Shown here piece after piece: positions 1 to 14,039 of a stretch of DNA of 64,000 bases; position 1 is the stretch's first letter; every line of letters starts with the position of its first letter. The translations under genes and the position numbers were made by a program. Below the pieces are notes generated by a model. That model saw only the letters and a program-made list of their open reading frames with translations. It searched no databases and was not told the DNA's origin. Origin of the DNA: Amphiscolops sp. MND2022 (lineage: Eukaryota); contig OZ076409.1 in the NCBI GenBank assembly GCA_964187785.1, positions 76,696,001 through 76,760,000 of the forward strand, given 5' to 3'.

Positions 1-1575
1 CTACAGATCCAGCGAGATTCAAGCGGCGGAAATGGCGGTTCTTCAACTCTTTTTGATCAAATAAATGGTGCTTTCATCTTGTATTTTTCCCTCATTAGGA
101 ATCGGCAAATAATAAGAAAACGAAAAATAATTTCCGGTTAAACAAAAGTGTTCGCTAGACTTTATCAATCTCTCTACACCGCAATTCTTACTTTTTAGTT
201 ATTGCGTCATCGTGAATGCGCGCATTTCGCATTTGTTCGAAAGTGCCAGTTATGAGGTCAACTAAAAGTGTGACTGAAAAAATGGTGGCTATAAACTCGA
301 GCATGGCAATTGTTCGTTTTAGACCAAATTTCTTTGTTGCAGCTTTGTTGTAAATGAGCTTTTTGAAAAGACTGATTTCGTGATAGATTTTCGGGAAGTA
401 ATCAGCGTGCATTTGCTAGCCTTCTGTTCCAAGCCGCTGCTTCTAAGCAATTTCAATTTGTGCCTCATCATTCGGGATTGCGCTAATTCTAATGGTTGAA
501 TTGGCGCAATTTGATTGAACTTGTCTCACTTTACCTTTGAAAGCAGCTTGTATCCTGCTAAAAATAGTCGTTTCAAATTTTGGGGCATATTTTTTCGTAT
601 TTCTGTCATTTGAATTATCTTAGAGATAAGGCTGAACTCAATGTTAAGAAGATTTTGGTTGATGGAGGTTAATTAATCGATTTTTGAAAGTAAACAATGG
701 CGAAATTTTCACTTATTTTTGAACATTCATCAAATGTAAGTTTTTTCAAAAAAGTTTCTAACGCGTTGTGAGTGTTCAATGAATATAGCATATCAGTTTT
801 GCTATCAAGTTATCAGCGTTCTTTTGAACCACTAGCTAGAACTTAAGCTATTCTTTTCCGCTTTTGACAAGCTTTCGTTCAAGTGGCATGAAAATTCTCA
901 TCAAAAATCTTCCCGCTCATTTCCACTTTTGAAGAAACTGAAATATCACTGAAACTGATTGGACCTATTTTTTCTTGAACCTGCATGATATCTTCGAGCC
1001 ATTCCTTCAATCAGCTAGAGATAGATGTTATTGGAAGAAAGCGTGTTTTGTCTATTGAGTAAAATAATAGTTTGCTGAGAGATTTCTGACATCCTTCAAA
1101 ATAATGAATGCAAAACGTCATTATCACTTGATATTCTCCTTTATTCAGGTGTTTTTAGTCGCCGCTCCCTGTTCAAAAGAGCAGACTATAGTTGTGATTT
1201 TTTAACAGCCTCGCAAACTGACAAATTTATAGAAGCTTTTAACAAAAAAGTCTTAAGGCATATTAAATATAATACGTTTTTTCCTTCAACATCAAAATGC
1301 TGCTGCATCAAACTAGCTTTTCGCAGAATCCAGTTCTCTTAGCCCATTAAAGAGTTCATTCGTAGCAAAAACTTTGTATGCTTCCAGTGAAATTTACTTG
1401 GTTAGTCCTTTTTTACGAAATTCAAAAATCAATAAATTCTCAATGAGATTGATTCTATGAAAAATTCGTGGAAATGAAAAAATTCTTTTTGAATATTGTT
1501 TGAAATCTTTTGTAGTTGCAGAAGTAATACTGTGTCAGTGATGGGCCAATTTTTGGATATACCTCCCTTTCATTG

Positions 1576-1863
1576 CACATGACGAAGTCAATGTGCATTG
1601 CAGTCCAGCTAAGAAAGTTTTTTTTCCACTATAGTCAACTTCATAATGAGCGCTTTTTAGAATAAAGCCAAAACCCCAGAGAGATTCGAACCTGCAGCCT
1701 CCCGATTGCACGGCATAAGTGTTGACCACTGTGCCGTAGGGACGTTATTGAACAAAGTTGAACTGTTGAATATATACGCATGCGATTAAAATAATATATA
1801 TACGCATATTAAAATAATCGATGTCTTCGTCATGTGTTGCGAAGCACCGCTTCGCCTCTGTGT
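1576..1863 (+). mobile_element. Short non-autonomous Helentron-like element (HINE family C), ~290 bp
   Basis: Subterminal inverted repeat CACATGACGAAG (1576) / CTTCGTCATGTG (1825), followed by 3' hairpin GCGAAGC-acc-GCTTCGC (1839-1855). A near-identical copy lies at 10175-10462. Confidence 0.7.
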
Positions 1864-3516
1864 TCTGGGCACTAACATAGTTTTAGGTTTTTTTTCTGTT
1901 CTAACCGGTGTAGAGTGAGCACATAGGAACGTCCTCCTCATCTTCAAGACCATCAAGCTCAATTTCCATTCTTCCTTCCTTCTTTAGTTAGTGTCGCACT
2001 ATCAAAGTGAAATGCCCAACTATGGGAACACCATCTCAATTTTATGTGTTATTCGGCGCAGCTATTTTTACAGCCTGTGTGACTTGCGGGTGCTGAAACC
2101 AATTCAATTCAGGTTTGAAGTCAGTAAATATCCACTGTCGCCCGAGAGTAAAGGACCCGACTAGAATAAATCCTAGCAATATTGCGAAGTTCCTTGTTAA
2201 TCAAATAACCCGAAACAACAATCTATGTAGTATATATTGGGAAACTTGAAATTTCATCATATCGAAAAGCTATGAGAGTGGAAAATTGTTGAAATTCAGA
2301 GCGAGCGTTTATTTTCCTTCGTTAATTTCTAATATAGTAATGATCGAAAGTTAATTTTTGTTGAGAAGAATGAAACGTTTCCCACGCGTTGGATGGGATA
2401 AGATGCTCTTATAAATAATATTTGCGCATTTATCGTGAAATGATATCATGAATGGAACGCGAAGTGTTTTTGGGACGAAATTTTATTTTGGCTTGTGACT
2501 ATTGTGAAGGAAGATAGAACTTGATTGAAATGTTTATAATGATTGCAATTTTTGCGGCCAAAAACGCTTGAAACGTGTAGGACTAGAAACGTGTTGAAAG
2601 GAAATTAGAATCTAGACGGTGAAAAAACGTGAACAATATTCCAACAAAAGGCGCTCATTTGTTTAGTTTATTTGGCAAGCAAGGAACCTTTGGAGTAGTT
2701 AGAGCTGCGGCCTGGATGAAAGGGATGAAAAAAGAAGAGAGAACGCTTTATGGTTTAATTTATGCAAAGGACAATTTTAGCAATCAAAATTCGGAGCCAA
2801 TGTTTTTGGCCATTTGTTGAAATACCATCACGCATGAAAGGAAATGACTCCATCACTCTATAGGTATTTGGTGGCTACGATATAAGGTGCTGCGCGATAT
2901 TTGACAGGGTTGGGCATTGTGAAGTGTCCGAAAGGCTCCAAACAGACTGTCGAATCATCCTCAACCTACTTGTGCATTTACATCTAGCCCACAAGTCATT
3001 TGATCGGCTAATTAGAATTCACATTTTAGCCTCTTGTTCTATTCTCTGCAACTTCCCTTAACCGTTGCTGTTTTTATTGATTTTTAAACGGATCAGATGT
3101 TATATCGGATTTTTGATGTGAAGTTTGCTAATGAAAGAGCGTGTTTGTTCAAAATCCATTGTTCGGTGTAAACTTAGCTAACTGAAAGTTCTGTAGATTC
3201 AATTTTTTAAATTACTACGACCTCGCTTCCAGTCGAAGCTCTATTTTATTTGAAAAAAACTAATTCTCGGTATTTTCTTTAACGATCTGAACGTTTTTTG
3301 GAACACTTGAAATGCAACTTAATTTTATGAAATCGCTTTCTAAATAACATCAAAGTCGGAAATTTTCAGCACTTGTGAATCTGAAGATTATGGAGTCAAA
3401 AAGAAATCAGCGACTCCTTTCAGCTCCATGTTTCGCTACGCCATGTTTATCGATTCTCCGGATCTTTTTGTTATTTTGATCACTGCCGTTTTTTGCCTCT
3501 GTTTTTCAAAGCTATC

Positions 3517-3958
3517 ATAAGCCGGGAACCGCCCAAGTCGGCGCCATATCTAAGGCTCAAAAATAGCAAAAGGACTTCAAAGTGTCAAAGTATTCTCTTC
3601 TACAGTACCCGAAAAACCCAAAAGTTGGACCGAATTGGTGCGCCAGGGGGGACCCTTTGAGATTTTTCATCCATTCTGTCGCAAATCAAAAAATTGAAGA
3701 GGGGACCCTTTGGTGAATTTTTTTTTGAAAAGTTTCACAATGCCGAAAACACTGAAAGGGAGGACCCTTTAGTCTCGTCCACCTTCGTATGTTATGCTAA
3801 AAAAGGAACAACTCATATTCCAGTTCCCTGGGTCAAAAGGTACCATTTGGCGCCTTAAAATTTTGTATAACTTTTGGTAGAACTATTTTGGACACTGACG
3901 AAAAGCCATGACTAATGACTATAGTGGACTCTTTTCTTAAGAAAAGCGCCGACTAAAA
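3517..3958 (-). mobile_element. Non-autonomous Helentron-like element (HINE family A)
   Basis: Inverted pair AGTCGGCGC (3537) / GCGCCGACT (3946) next to an A-run, a GC hairpin at the other end, and an internal GGGGACCC/poly-A/T module shared with 43204-43873 and 62123-62605. Confidence 0.7.
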
Positions 3959-4305
3959 AATAGACCTGAATGGAATGAGCCTGTAAAAATGGAGACCCTC
4001 TGCTGAACGAAATCACTGTTTTGTAATTTAACATTATTTCATTCTTAACTTGTTGCTGAAATCATTTCTTTCCTTATCCTTTAGCTGGCGAGTTGTTACC
4101 TTGAAAATGAAAAATTGGTAATATGACTTGCTGGGCGGTACTAAGCAAAGGCAGATCTAATATCATTTTTCAAAGCTAGCTATCCTATCGAAGTCAATCA
4201 TCGTATAGCCAAAAATTAGGGGGTTTGTATTTGAAGTTTTTAGCTTCCAATTGCCCCTCAAAAAGTCTGTCTCAAGAAAAAATGCAGTGAAATTTTTCAC
4301 CTGGC

Positions 4306-4701
4306 GATAAACAGAAATATGGCAAATCACGTATTTACAGATCATATGCCTGTTAATGTTGTGATAAGCTGATAATTTTTTGAAACCCGTCGGTTAATGG
4401 CGTCAATTGTTGCAAAAATTTATCAAGTAAGTCAGTTAATGGTATCAATTGTTGCTAAAATTGTATCAAGTAAGTCAGTTAACGGTGTCAATTGTTGCGT
4501 AATCATCCTATGCAAAAACAGAAATATCTGTCGATAAATAATAATAATAACAATAATCTGGTCACACTAATCTGGTGATAAACAGAAATAGGACAAATCA
4601 CGTTTTTACAGATAATATGTCTGTTAATGTGATAAGCTGATAATTTTTTGAAACCCGTCAGTTAATAGTGTCAATTGTTGCAAAAATTGTATCAAGTTAG
4701 T
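4306..4701. repeat. Local direct duplication (~125 bp) with internal ~40-bp tandem units
   Basis: gataaacagaaat...gtcaattgttgcaaaaatt...atcaagt occurs at ~4306-4432 and ~4577-4701; the gtcaattgttgc unit recurs between 4388 and 4500. Confidence 0.7.
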
Positions 4702-7700
4702 TGAGACGGCTGTATTCTACACATGGAAAGTTGGTTTAGTGGCAGTTTTAATTTGAAAGTATTGATCGATGGATTCCAGTGCTACCCTAATATTTCGAGA
4801 TTTCCATCCGTGGAATAATGGAAAATGGATGATTGCAGTGTTGTAATAGTCCTAGTTTTGAATACACGGCTAGAATTTAAGAAAATGACGTCATAAATGC
4901 AACGTTCATAGTGTTGAAATGTCTCACCTGTTGAGTGATTTTCAGTGAAGAGTTAATGACAATAATTGAAACAAATGTAACTTCGGTAAAATTAAGAGAC
5001 GGTACAAATCACGCTGTTATTAGCGATATAAATAAGGTATCAAGAAAAGCTATCGAACACTTTTCAGTATAAAGTGTCTATGAATGATGACTTTCTGCGA
5101 GTTGTTTTGGTTTTTTGCTGAAGGCTGCTACACGGGGAGTCGTCCTATCAAGAAGCATCAGGTGATTTCTCCATTTTAGTGTCAATACGTATACACAGCC
5201 TACTAATTAGCTATTGCTGCGTTTTGCTTATAAGAAGCCTTCGGGTTTTCAACATTGCCCTCTTCTTATTCACGGGTGGTTCAATTATACACGGGGTCAC
5301 TCTAAAGCTTTGATATCGGTCATTGGATTGGGTCAACCACTTATCCTTCTTCAAAGATGTAATTGATTCACCTTTAGTTACCTGGGTGCAAAAATTTTTG
5401 AGGAGATATACCAACCATGCTTCTTGGTTTTATCACAGTTCCAGAGAAAGTATTCTGTACTCCCCTTAAATTTTTCAAATATTTGCTTCACTGGACTATC
5501 AGTCAGTTTTTCGGACAATAATTTGGCACATTCGAGCATTTTGTAAAGCTAGATACGTTCCAGAAAATTAATTGTCATTTCGATAGAAACATTGGCAAAG
5601 GTGTATCGTTTGCACATCTATCAGCTAACGTGATTGACTTTTTTCAGTCGTGTGAATGCGATTGATGGTGTTAGCCGGCCGGCCGGACAAATACTTGCGA
5701 AAAAAAGTGCGGAGAAGGAAAAAGAAGCTGCTGGATTTTGAAGTGTGAAAGATTGATGGTCAGGAAACGTGTGACCAACACGAGTCTTCTATATCCGTCT
5801 TTGGCGAAACAACCTTTGATACTTCTCACTAGAGGTCAAGAGCTCACTCGCTACTTATATCTTCAAAGCTCATTCTCTTCATTGAGTTTAGAAGTAGCGG
5901 CGATTATTCTCAATTTGCATTTTGCTCTAACGCTACAGCCGCAACTTGAGTCTTGGTGTGATAACTTTCTACTTCTGAAATTATGTGGGTGCAATCATTC
6001 AGTTGCTTTTTCGTTTTTTTTTTCAAGTTGTTCGAATTAAAGACAAGCGCTGTTCAGATATTAGCACAAATAGTCCTAAACACATCTCATTTTCGTAGCA
6101 TTCGGTCAGTTTGTTGATTTTATACTGATGCTGACTTTTCTCCCAAAATACTGAGGCATCAACACATCAAGAGCTTATAAGTTTTATAGCTTCAATTTAA
6201 GTTTTTAACCCGAAAAAAGCTAGAATGAACATGTTACAACTCGCTTCCTTAAGAAAATCAGTGACGCAGCTGGAATGTTTTCAACGTATCGATCTGGATA
6301 GAAAACACAATTACATTTCCAACTGGTATTGGCGGATGCGTAGAATGAACACCACTACCAATAAAACAGTGCATTTTCGTTGAACTTACCTTCTCGCGGT
6401 AACTGGATTTACTATTTACAGTACGTCTTGAAATATTCGACCAAGTATTTGCGGCATAGGATACAGTAGGTGAGGAAATTGCGTTTAAATAAATTGTGAA
6501 ACCTCAAAGCGAGTGAAACGAAAGTTGCTTTGTGGCGTTAATTATGTATCAAAAGGTGGTTTCAAAAAGAATAAGGAATTGAAAAAAATTGTGATTAGTA
6601 AATTCCAGTGCAGAGTTTTTGCCGTTAAACTCGAGTAATGAGCTTCAGCGCGCCTCAAAGGCTTCAGAATGAAGGGAATGTGTCAAATGTTTTTAGTGTT
6701 GTAACACGCAATTCAAGTTAATATTTCATTCGCAGAACAGTCAGTCAGGAAATATTTGGCAATTCGTTTGGGTTTCGTGGGCCGAACATGTAAGCACAGA
6801 CCTGCCAATCTTGGCCTGGGTCGGTCGGATATTTGAATTTAGAATCAAAACACAGAACGACTGACGTCGGATCCCGTAGGGCTCTGTTTGCGAGATATAC
6901 AGGGAATCGAATTAGCACAAATCATTAATCGTCTTATTTTCTTCTCATATTTCGAGCAATCAAAGTGCCAAGGGTAGTATAGTAAATAAAGAACGTTCAC
7001 CTTAATTCCGGATTCAAAAATTGTTTGTTGCAATTAACAGCAGTTTGGAGGTGTGTTGTAAACATTATGGGCGATTATAAGAACGCGTTCAAATCCCTCG
7101 GTTGTCGACAACTTGAGTATCAGATCATTGAGTTGTCCTGAATTTTGGTCGCGTAGATTCCACGAAGAGCTCGAAGCTTGCTTTGGCTGCATGGGAGGTG
7201 GTTAACTAATTGAAGCAAGCAGAAAATCAATAAAAAGAAAGGGCCATTGAGTTGCAATGTAATATGTCAATACCAAAACCCTCTGTGACTTATTTCTGAT
7301 CGTTTGTTTGAAATGCTGCATTAAAAAGACCACAGGCTGTTGTGCTGAATGAAAGAGAAGCTGCAAGAATATGGCAATGATTGTGACGATGATGTTACCT
7401 TTACTTAACGGCGATGACTTGATCTGACTTGACATTTTAACGATTCTACCCCGTCCTTCAACAAACTAGATGAGACTTGGCGACCTGTGAGACAAGAAGT
7501 GTGTATTATGAAAAGTCAGTCATTGGGAACAACGCACTCACCACAAAGTGACGTGAAGGTAATCAATTGTATGCTAATTGTTCAACCAAGAATTTCGCTA
7601 CTTGCTACTTCTGCTGATGGTCCACAGATAAGATAAAGTGTGGCGGCGGCGTTGGCGGTGGTGCTGGTGGCCCAAATGTCGTCTTGTAACTAACAAACGT

Positions 7701-8699
7701 CACTTCAACTGCTTGCATCCAAGTCTCAGCCAAGTTGTTGCGAACACTGGCGGGTAAATCCAAAAAAGCTGCTGCTGTTGCTACTGCATTTTGGAACAGA
7801 CCACATCAGAGTGAAGAATTGCTGGAATCCCTTTACTACCGTAGGTCTTCATAAGATGCGCGCTGCGTTACCGGTGTATTGTCCAATATGGAGTAGTATT
7901 TTTTGTTTGTTTTCTTAACCCGACTAGCTTCAATTGTAAATAGAAGTTGATTCAGCAGAAATATGCTCTTTCAGCGGCAAGGTTCTTGTCAAATAAAAAT
8001 TTATACAGAGAGCACAGGAAATTTTTATGATTCTCCATTTGAGTCGCAAACAATGGTGGTGTGAGTTTAGCTCAAGAGGCGTCTTTTGTCTGAAGAATTG
8101 GATGGTCCAATGAAATGTAACTTTCAGACTGCATGTTCAATTTACGTTTGTTTGATTGGGGAGTAAAAGACTTTAAAACAACTTCCTGTGCTAATTCTCC
8201 TTTCAAGCGAGTATAATAATCATTCAAGTGTTATCACATCGCGACGCCTCGCAAAAGAAAGCTCCCAATTTATTTCACGCAGACAAACATCAGTCTCACT
8301 GTGATAATTGCATTAAATCAAAAACCTTGCATTTCAACTAAACTTGCGTAAATTTTTTCATCGAGGCTGTTGTAAAGTTGTCCTTTTGAAAACTCGTCGA
8401 CTGCAGTTGTTGCAACTCTAACAGCGTAAAAATTAAAGGTTAACTTTAATTTGGAAATTGATGGGCCGAAAAACAAAAGAACTGTTAAAACTTTTCCCGT
8501 GCAAGGTCTGACTGTCTGTTTTTTGAAGTTACTTTTGAAAATTATGATCGGCACTGGACGCTGCATTGGTTGACGTCACACTTTTTTCTGCATTTTCCAT
8601 TCCTTAGATGATGCTCCTATTTTAATGGAATTTTACTCCGAAATTGAAAAAACTTGTTACATTAAATAAGGTCTTTTCACAGAAATTACATACACCATT

Positions 8700-9210
8700 C
8701 TCTATTCAACAACCATCTACACAACTACACAAGATTTTCGGAGTTCATATTGACAAAAATTTACGGTTTAGGGAGCACATCCAATATGTCGTCAAGAAAC
8801 TGAATCAATTTTGCGGTCTTGTATACCCAAATTTCTTTTGATGTTTTATAAATCGGTTGCTGAAACGGATCACATATGGTGTTTTTGCATACGGCACTGA
8901 TGCAAAAACTAATCTAACAAAAATTGAAAACGTTCAGCGGAGAATTATTAGAGCAATTTTTCCGGAGAAGGTATGAATGTGAATCGTGGTGATATACTTG
9001 TGGATAATTTGTACATGTTGTTGGAACTTTTTTATTGAATTGTTAAGAGCTTTTCAAGCAACTGCGCGGAAACTCGCCGCTTTTGATAGCCGAAAGATCC
9101 TTCGAAACTTTATGACAGTACTCGTTAGGCGCTAAAAGGACTTTGTCCATCAAGATAATCGCACAGTTGTATCTCGAATGTCTTTGTCAAATTCACTTCT
9201 GAAAGCTTAA
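8700..9210 (+). pseudogene. Decayed non-LTR retrotransposon (CR1/L2-like) RT C-terminal fragment
   Basis: Translates to IFGVHIDKNLRFREHIQYVVKKLNQFCGLVY and ITYGVFAYGTDAKTNLTKIENVQRRIIRAIF, typical of the LINE RT thumb region; frameshifted. Confidence 0.75.
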
Positions 9211-9769
9211 AATTTGTGGACTCAAATAGGTCCATTTTATGTTGCCTAGGTTTGCAAGGTAGTAGTTTGCTTGCAACTTAAGGTCCTATGAATTGTTATT
9301 TTGTAGGGGCAAAATATCACGGACAGAATACCACGCCTCAGTAATGCGTGAAACTAAGCCTTCGTCAAAACCAGTCCTTGTCTAGAAAATATTTTTTCGC
9401 AAGATTTTATTTTTTTTGTTGTTTCTGATGTCATTTTCCGTTGAAATTCAAACAATGACAAGATAAAACAAACCCAGAACGGCCAAAGACGCACCCGCTT
9501 AAGGCTCGAAAGCGTTGAAGCCTTTCAACCTAGCTCGAAAGATGTTTTGAAGAAAAAGTTGCCGAAAATGAAAGCAAGAAAAATAGTCATGACGAGGCTC
9601 GAACCTCTCACCTACACATATCAAGTTGTGTATAATACTTTGGTAGTTTGTGATGAAATTTGAAATGCTAGTCTTTATCCCAAGCTTGCAATTTTGCAGA
9701 TATTTAGCAGCTTGAAATCTTATCTGTTAGTAATCTGTGAAATGGTTTAGTCGACGTTTCTCCTGAGAT

Positions 9770-10880
9770 AAAGTGCCCGACTATTATAGTGGCTAGCCTT
9801 TTTTCGTCAGACCACAAAGCTCACCCTGTATGTACCACTTTTTGGTACAGAGGTTAATCGGTTTAGGGGTAACCTGAGTCCCTGCTTCAGCCAGACACTT
9901 TTTCGTGCATTTGCAAAACCGGACGAGACTACAGGGTCCCCTTTCGATTTTCGGCTTTGTGAGACTTTTTTGAATGTCTCCAAAGGGTCTTTTCAATTTT
10001 TTTTGATATTTTGTCACAAAATTCCATTTCCAAAAAGCTGAAAGGGTTCCCCTTTTACAGTTTTCGGCATTGTGAGATTTTTCAAAATGATTTTTTTCAT
10101 CAGGTTTTCTCAGGCCCTGCACGCCATATCCGAATATGTGACCAGACCGGCGTTTTTTCTATTGATTTTTATTGCACATGACGAAGTCAATGTGCATTGC
10201 AGTCCAGCTAAGAAAGTTTTTTTCCCACAGTAGCCAACTTCATAATAAGCGCCTTTTAGAGAAAAGCCAAAACCCCAGAGAGATTCGAACCTGCAGCCTC
10301 CCGATTGCGCGGCATAAGTGTTAACCACTGTGCCATAAGGACGTTATTGAATAAAGTTGAACTGTTGAATATATACGCATGCGATTAAAATAATATATAT
10401 ACGCATATTAAAATAATCGTTGTCTTCGTCATGTGTTGCGAAGCACCGCTTCGCCTCTGTGTTCTAATTTGTTTTCATCGAAGCCCCCTCGATTTTTCTA
10501 GAAAAGAAACGTTTGCGAGCATAAAGGACTCCTCGGTGTTTTCGGGACTATGCGACTTACCGGAAACCTTCAAAAAATTTTTCAAAAAATTTCGAAAGAA
10601 AATTCCTGAATTTTTTAATATTTTTTGAAAGGTTTTCGGTTGAGAAAGTGGGTTTTTTACTGTTTCCAGTAGTGAAAAATGACTTTCGAGTCTTCGGGCA
10701 TTTTTTGGCGCTGTAAAATTGATGAAATTTTAACAAAAATACCTTTTTACCCTTGGTTCTCCGTATGATACGGCTTATTTGGTTTTCTCTTCAAAAGTTC
10801 ACAAGTGTTTGCGAAGCACGGCTTCGCCTCTGTGTTTGAACTTTGAGCTGGGAGCCGACTTTATCCGTTCAAGACTTGTT
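9770..10880 (+). mobile_element. Composite HINE-like element with a nested family C copy
   Basis: Shares long blocks with 46064-47030, ends in the GCGAAGCACGGCTTCGC hairpin (~10810-10830), and is interrupted by 10175-10462. Confidence 0.6.
10175..10462 (+). mobile_element. HINE family C copy nested in a larger HINE
   Basis: Near-identical to 1576-1863. The flanks rejoin to the T-run + tctaatttgttttcatcgaag seen uninterrupted at ~46636-46662. Confidence 0.7.
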
Positions 10881-11069
10881 CTTGAATGCAATGACTGCTC
10901 TGGTATCTCAAGCGTTCAATTTTTTTACCATCAGAACAAAGGTTTCGACCCCGGCTGATTGGGAAGAAAACCGGCCTGGGTATTTGAAACGAATTTTTGC
11001 CGGAAATGATTTTTAGTTGGCGCCTTTTCCGAATGTAGGCGTAGTGGACACTTTTCCTACAGAACTACT

Positions 11070-11523
11070 AAACTAGTGGACGGGCAAGCGGAAACGCATC
11101 TAAGTTAGTGCAAAGGATCCCCCCTTTCGTGTACTCAATTTTTAACGTAAGATGCAAAACAGGACGGGACTATAGGGTCCCCCTTTGAATTTTTTCGATA
11201 ACGTGCGACTTTTTTTTCCAGTTTTTTTGTCTCCAAAGGGTCCCCCTTCAATTTTTTTGATATTTTGCAGCAAACTGAAGTCTCAAAAAGCCCAAAGGTC
11301 TCCCCTTTTGAATTTTTCGACACTGTGAAACTTTTTCAAAATTCTCATTTTTCGTTTTTTTTCGAAAATGTTTTATAGTCTCCAAAGGGTCCTTCATTTT
11401 TTTTGATATTTTGCAACAAACTGGACTTTCAAAAAGCCCAAAATGTCCCACCTTTTACAATTTTAAAAACTGCGCTTTTTGAGCCTTAGATATAGAGCCG
11501 ACTTTAGACCTTCCCGTCTTGTT
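11070..11523 (+). mobile_element. Partial HINE family A copy
   Basis: gggtcccc/ttttttgatattttgca modules and a degenerate 3' end gagccgactttagaccttcccgtcttgt. Confidence 0.55.
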
Positions 11524-12276
11524 TACATTGTAAAATGCTGATAACGTACATGATTTTGGATGAAACAATCTTTCAGAAAAAATGCAATCCTCGTAAGGAT
11601 CTTGCAAGATCCTTGCATTTATTTAATACAGTCGTTGGAAGATTTTGCGAGTAAATGTATTCCTTGCAAGAATCTTACAAGGGAATGTAATCCTTGCAAT
11701 ACCTTTCAAGGAATCATTTTACTTGCAAGATCTTGCCGTAGTTTTTTCCAACTCGGTCGAAGTGACCAAATACAATCTATCGAAGTATTTTAGGATCCTC
11801 ACTTTTGTATTTTCATTTTATTTGGAAAATTATATATGGTTTTTTCGGAACTTTGTATATTTTTTTCGATTCTTTAAATTTCCTGAAAGGGTCCTGTCTT
11901 TGATTTAAAAAATGATTTTCAATTACGAAATAGCCATTTTCGTACCCAAATTTCCCTTTCTCGTTTTTTGGAACTGTTTTCTAGTTAAGTGTTCATTCCA
12001 CAAAGGATTCTTGCTTTGGTTTTTTGATGTTTGTAGATAAAGACTTGCTTTGCACAAATGCGTCCTTCCTTCGATTATTTTTTGGCAGTAAGATTTTGTG
12101 AATTTTTAAAACTTAGTTGTGAAGAACTTGTTGCTTTTTGACTCATGAGCAGGGCGCCGACTTATGCCATGTCAGGCTTGTTCTGGAAGCTATTCCGTTC
12201 TTTTCTTGATCAAACGCTTACTGCATCTGGATTGTCTTCTGCGGAAGCGGTTTTAGAGTTTACTTTCTTTCCGGTT

Positions 12277-12777
12277 GGGCGACAATTCGTCCCAAGCGAC
12301 AATTCGTCCCAAATTCCAAAAAGCGACAATTCGTCCCAAGCGTCAATTCGTCCCATTTTGAAAAAGCGACAATTCGGCCCATTTGTAAAAAGCGACAATT
12401 CGTCCCAAATTGTTTAATTGATCAGCTAATTACCAATCTTTTGAAAGTTGAAACGAAAGAAATAATCAAACCAACTACAAATGAATTCATTCAACCATGT
12501 GAGGAAATGTTGCATTTTAACGTACTAGTCGTGGAATGTTAAAATTAATTGTTGGTACCTGCCTCTAATTGTAATCTTTCTGGATTCATTATTACAAAGG
12601 TCTTTATTGGCAATTAAATTGGGGACAAATTGCAGCTTTTAATAATTGGGACGAATTGTCGCCTTTTCAAAATGGGACGAATTGTCGCCTTTTAAAAATG
12701 GGACGAATTGTCGCTTTTTGGAATTTGGGACGAATTGTCGCTTGGGACGAATCGTCGCTTGGGACGAATTGTCGCTT
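12277..12777. mobile_element. Foldback/MITE-like element with long inverted arms built from 16-bp units
   Basis: Six GCGACAATTCGTCCCA-like units at 12278-12410 face inverted TGGGACGAATTGTCGC units at ~12620-12775. Confidence 0.75.
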
Positions 12778-14039
12778 TACGCTTTCTTTTCCTTTCTCTC
12801 GAGAAGGGGGAATTCCAATACATCAAATGTTAAATCTATTATTTGCAAACTTGTATCATGTTGGTGATAACTTATTTCTCACTGATAAGACTTCCAAAAT
12901 TTGAGGTATGTAAACTTGACAAAAATCCGAAAACTTTTGTTTCTATAATTTTCTTCGGAAAGTTTGACAGTCTTGAGAAATCCTTAGGCGTTCCAAACTT
13001 TTGGAACATGTTTTTCACCACCCCCCCCCCTCCAAACGGCCGCGGAGGGGAATAGGAAACAAGGTTCAAATAACATTACGTCGACATCGTTTGCGTTGAA
13101 ATTTCGTTCCAATAAAATAATTGGTGTCGGCATAATCCATCTTTTACATCAATTAACAGTTAAAGTTGCTCCGTTAATTTGATGCCGGAGAAAACTTGCG
13201 TTGAAATTGGGGCGTGAATGTTTGCTACTTTGGACAATAATATCAAAAATAAGGGACATTTTTGCTGGAAGTGTCAATCAGCTGTAGAGACAATCCTCTA
13301 AGTATTTACAACCATTAACATTTCTCTTAGCAGTGAATTATATATTTTTTTTCAAGTATAAAATGCGCTTTCGTGTTGGGGGGATACGAAACAAGGTGTA
13401 CGAAACAAGGGTTGGAAAAGAGAAATATGGTCCAAACTTTATTACCAAACCGTTCTTTCATCATAAGTCTGTAGATTATTTTGGTAATACTTATGCTTTC
13501 GTGTTCTCTAAAAATTCAAACTATGGAATTGATTTAAATTATCCGTACACGTATAACAGACCACAAAAAGGTTTAAACGTTGTTCAAAGCGTTCATTGAT
13601 TTGATTAATATATTCCTAAATTAAAGAGTTTCAATATGAAATCAGAAAGTTGATTCTGCGATGACTCACTAATACGCTTTGAAACGTAAGATAAGTAATA
13701 ATTCCTTAACTTCCGTAACTGCGATCTTTCCAGAAATAGCTTCATGCTTCAAGGATTTTGAATGCGATTGAATGTGCCTTTTTCTTATATAAAATGTTTT
13801 CCGTAATTATGATTCTTTATTTAGGCTTTCTAAATTGTGAATTGAATGAGTAACCTAGAATTAATTTAATATATGATTCTAATTATACATTTTTGGCCTC
13901 AATCAAAAGATATGCCTTTATATTGATTTAGGCGGAGCCGATTATCGAGTTGTTTTTTTTTCGATAATCACTTGTTCGAAAAAGCAATATTTGTAACTTC
14001 TGGACGACTTCAAACATTGATTGTCTTTTAGTGAATTGT

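Noticed and set aside
1..1340. Coding-like minus-strand stretch including ORF 188-412
   Set aside because: Looks like a decayed ORF, but I recognised no motif and cannot assign it.
1675..1743. tRNA gene on the minus strand (also ~10273-10342, 22152-22215, 46154-46220)
   Set aside because: A/B boxes are present but no clean cloverleaf is evident; each lies inside a dispersed repeat, so these are tRNA-derived segments.
5160..5680. Possible Penelope-like RT remnant (DVQT...FANVSIEMTINFL on the minus strand)
   Set aside because: A single short, frameshifted resemblance; insufficient without a profile search.
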